A stretch of 64,000 nt of DNA. Source: an uncultured virus (IMG/VR IMGVR_UViG_3300025032_000461). Taxonomy: Duplodnaviria > Heunggongvirae > Uroviricota > Caudoviricetes. Where the stretch lies: IMG/VR virus record IMGVR_UViG_3300025032_000461. One strand, 5' to 3'. The notes beneath the pieces are model-generated. The model was given only the letters and a program-made list of their open reading frames with translations. It was not told the origin of the DNA and searched no databases. The translations under genes and the position numbers were made by a program. This document shows, one piece after another, positions 62,485 through 64,000 of this stretch (the stretch's first letter is position 1; every line of letters begins with the position of its first letter).

Positions 62485-64000
62485 ATGTTTAAAAAAAGTT
62501 CAAGCCAGTATGGATTAATTCTATCCTTATTATTATCTGCAAATATAGTTTCGGCTAGTGAGAATAATTATTCATGTTCTGCGGATAATTATTCATTTAA
62601 AGAATGCAAGTTTGAATTACCTACAATATTACATGGTCAAACAAAATTAGAAAGCGTTGACAATGGAGTATTTCAAGGAACAGCACTTGTCCTTTGCAAT
62701 AATGGTAAAAAAACAATTATTAGCGAAAGCTGTGATTATGTTCAAGGCGCTCCTGATTCTTGTAAGGGAATACCTTCCAATACTTGGACTGGCTATGGTG
62801 ACTCTATGTGTTCTCACTCTTCTGTTTCAATATCCGTTGCAAATGGAGATGAATATAAGGTTAGCTCAATTAAAAATAATGGCTATGTTAAATATTCTTG
62901 CGAAGATAGCAAACTAACTGTTAAATCAAGTGAATGCACACGCCCTGAAAGCACAACAATAACAACAGCATCTTCTGGTTCTCAGTGCGTATCAAAATCA
63001 TATTCTTCCAACGCAGAATATGACCATATCAATAAAAAGTGGATTCCGATTGCTCCTAGTGATAATTTCTGCATTAATGAAGGTTTCGATTATTTAGACT
63101 CATATACAGATATCTCTACGCAATCAAACTTAAATACAGAACATAAAGGCTATTTCAATACTGTTTGTTGCTCAAACGACACATTAGATAGCCCTAATCC
63201 TTCAATTATTGTAACACCAATATCAAATGATTGTGCAACAATTTCTGGTGTTATTTCTGGCGATCTAAATGAAATAACTGGTGTCGCTAGTAATGCACCA
63301 AGTAGCCTAAAATTATTAAACTCAATGTGCAAGCCTAATGGTTATTCTAAAATTGAAAGCTTTAGTGCAAAAAATGCAACAAATGGATCTTATACATTTA
63401 TTGACGAATTTCAAGTAACGGCAAGTTGTTGTGGAAATAACTCTATTGCAGATAATAACACTGAATGTAAGGGCGCTTTTTTATCTTCAGGCATTAATGC
63501 TCAATTAGAAGCACAATCTTTTGGAATACCATTCTTGTGTGATAGTTCAAGTGGTTCTATGGAGTGCTTTAAAAATACATGTACACCTTTCATTGCAGAG
63601 GAAGAGCTATGTGCTGAGTGTGTTTTAGGGAAATATTCTTTTAACGCAAACTCTAATCACTGCATAGCAGATTTCCCCATTATTCTTACAGGTCACGAAA
63701 GTTTACAAAAAATATACAATGACACTCATAGTGGATATGCAGACGTAAGCTGTAATAATGGTGTTAGCAGCTTAGATGACGCACGTTGTTTTAATAACTG
63801 CCTTAAAAAAAGAGTTACTTGGGAAAATAAAAATAAGACTGCCGTATGTTACTTTGATTTACCAAACAATAAATATAGACACTATCTTGAACCAACTGAT
63901 AATGATAGGACAAATCCTAATTTATCAATTGGCGACAAAACGGATAGAATTATTTCAATTGCACACACTGGTATTGCTGAGTTCCATTGTGATGATGGAA
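62485..64000 (+). CDS. giant secreted Cys-rich repeat protein 3 (partial, runs off window; absent from ORF track)
   Basis: AAGGA RBS; MFKKSSSQYGLILSLLLSANIVSASENNYSCSADNYSFKECKFELP..., colinear with proteins 1 and 2. Confidence 0.88.
   Translation, partial: MFKKSSSQYGLILSLLLSANIVSASENNYSCSADNYSFKECKFELPTILHGQTKLESVDNGVFQGTALVLCNNGKKTIISESCDYVQGAPDSCKGIPSNTWTGYGDSMCSHSSVSISVANGDEYKVSSIKNNGYVKYSCEDSKLTVKSSECTRPESTTITTASSGSQCVSKSYSSNAEYDHINKKWIPIAPSDNFCINEGFDYLDSYTDISTQSNLNTEHKGYFNTVCCSNDTLDSPNPSIIVTPISNDCATISGVISGDLNEITGVASNAPSSLKLLNSMCKPNGYSKIESFSAKNATNGSYTFIDEFQVTASCCGNNSIADNNTECKGAFLSSGINAQLEAQSFGIPFLCDSSSGSMECFKNTCTPFIAEEELCAECVLGKYSFNANSNHCIADFPIILTGHESLQKIYNDTHSGYADVSCNNGVSSLDDARCFNNCLKKRVTWENKNKTAVCYFDLPNNKYRHYLEPTDNDRTNPNLSIGDKTDRIISIAHTGIAEFHCDDG

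Noticed and set aside
51401..63332. Short alternative-frame and antisense ORFs inside the giant genes (and similar 60-120 aa ORFs inside other genes)
   Set aside because: Shadow ORFs with no RBS or motifs; they recur only because the host genes are paralogs.
51223..64000. DGR or shufflon diversifying the Cys-rich genes
   Set aside because: No reverse transcriptase, template/variable repeat pair, recombinase or inverted cassettes in this window.

Overview
Very AT-rich, gene-dense 64 kb window read in the standard code 11. It is made mostly of monocistronic genes with their own sigma70-like promoters and terminators. No rRNA, tRNA, CRISPR array, virion-structural or replication-initiator gene is recognisable. 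The content fits a giant mobile element (jumbo phage or megaplasmid-like replicon), probably of a gammaproteobacterium; this assignment is inference. Recognisable content: translation and quality-control genes (TyrRS, editing-domain-less ThrRS, RF2-like factor, double Pth2, T4-type RNA ligase, ClpB), nucleotide and signalling enzymes, ankyrin-like and PcfJ proteins, an ADP-ribosyltransferase, IS200/IS605 (TnpB/IscB) relics, and a cell-surface module (DsbC-like pair, TorF-like porin, at least 3 tandem giant Cys-rich secreted proteins). Highlights: (1) a prfB whose +1 frameshift site is CTT-TAG instead of CTT-TGA, with RF1-like substitutions beside the SPF motif, making it a candidate natural UAG-reading or omnipotent release factor; (2) 12 otherwise mostly unrelated proteins ending in [KN]-[IL]-x-x-F-stop, plus a second class with basic tails; (3) a complete Thr-leader attenuator on thrS; (4) domain-shuffled Cys-rich adhesin paralogs; (5) candidate sRNAs and hairpin-bridged split ribosome-binding sites.
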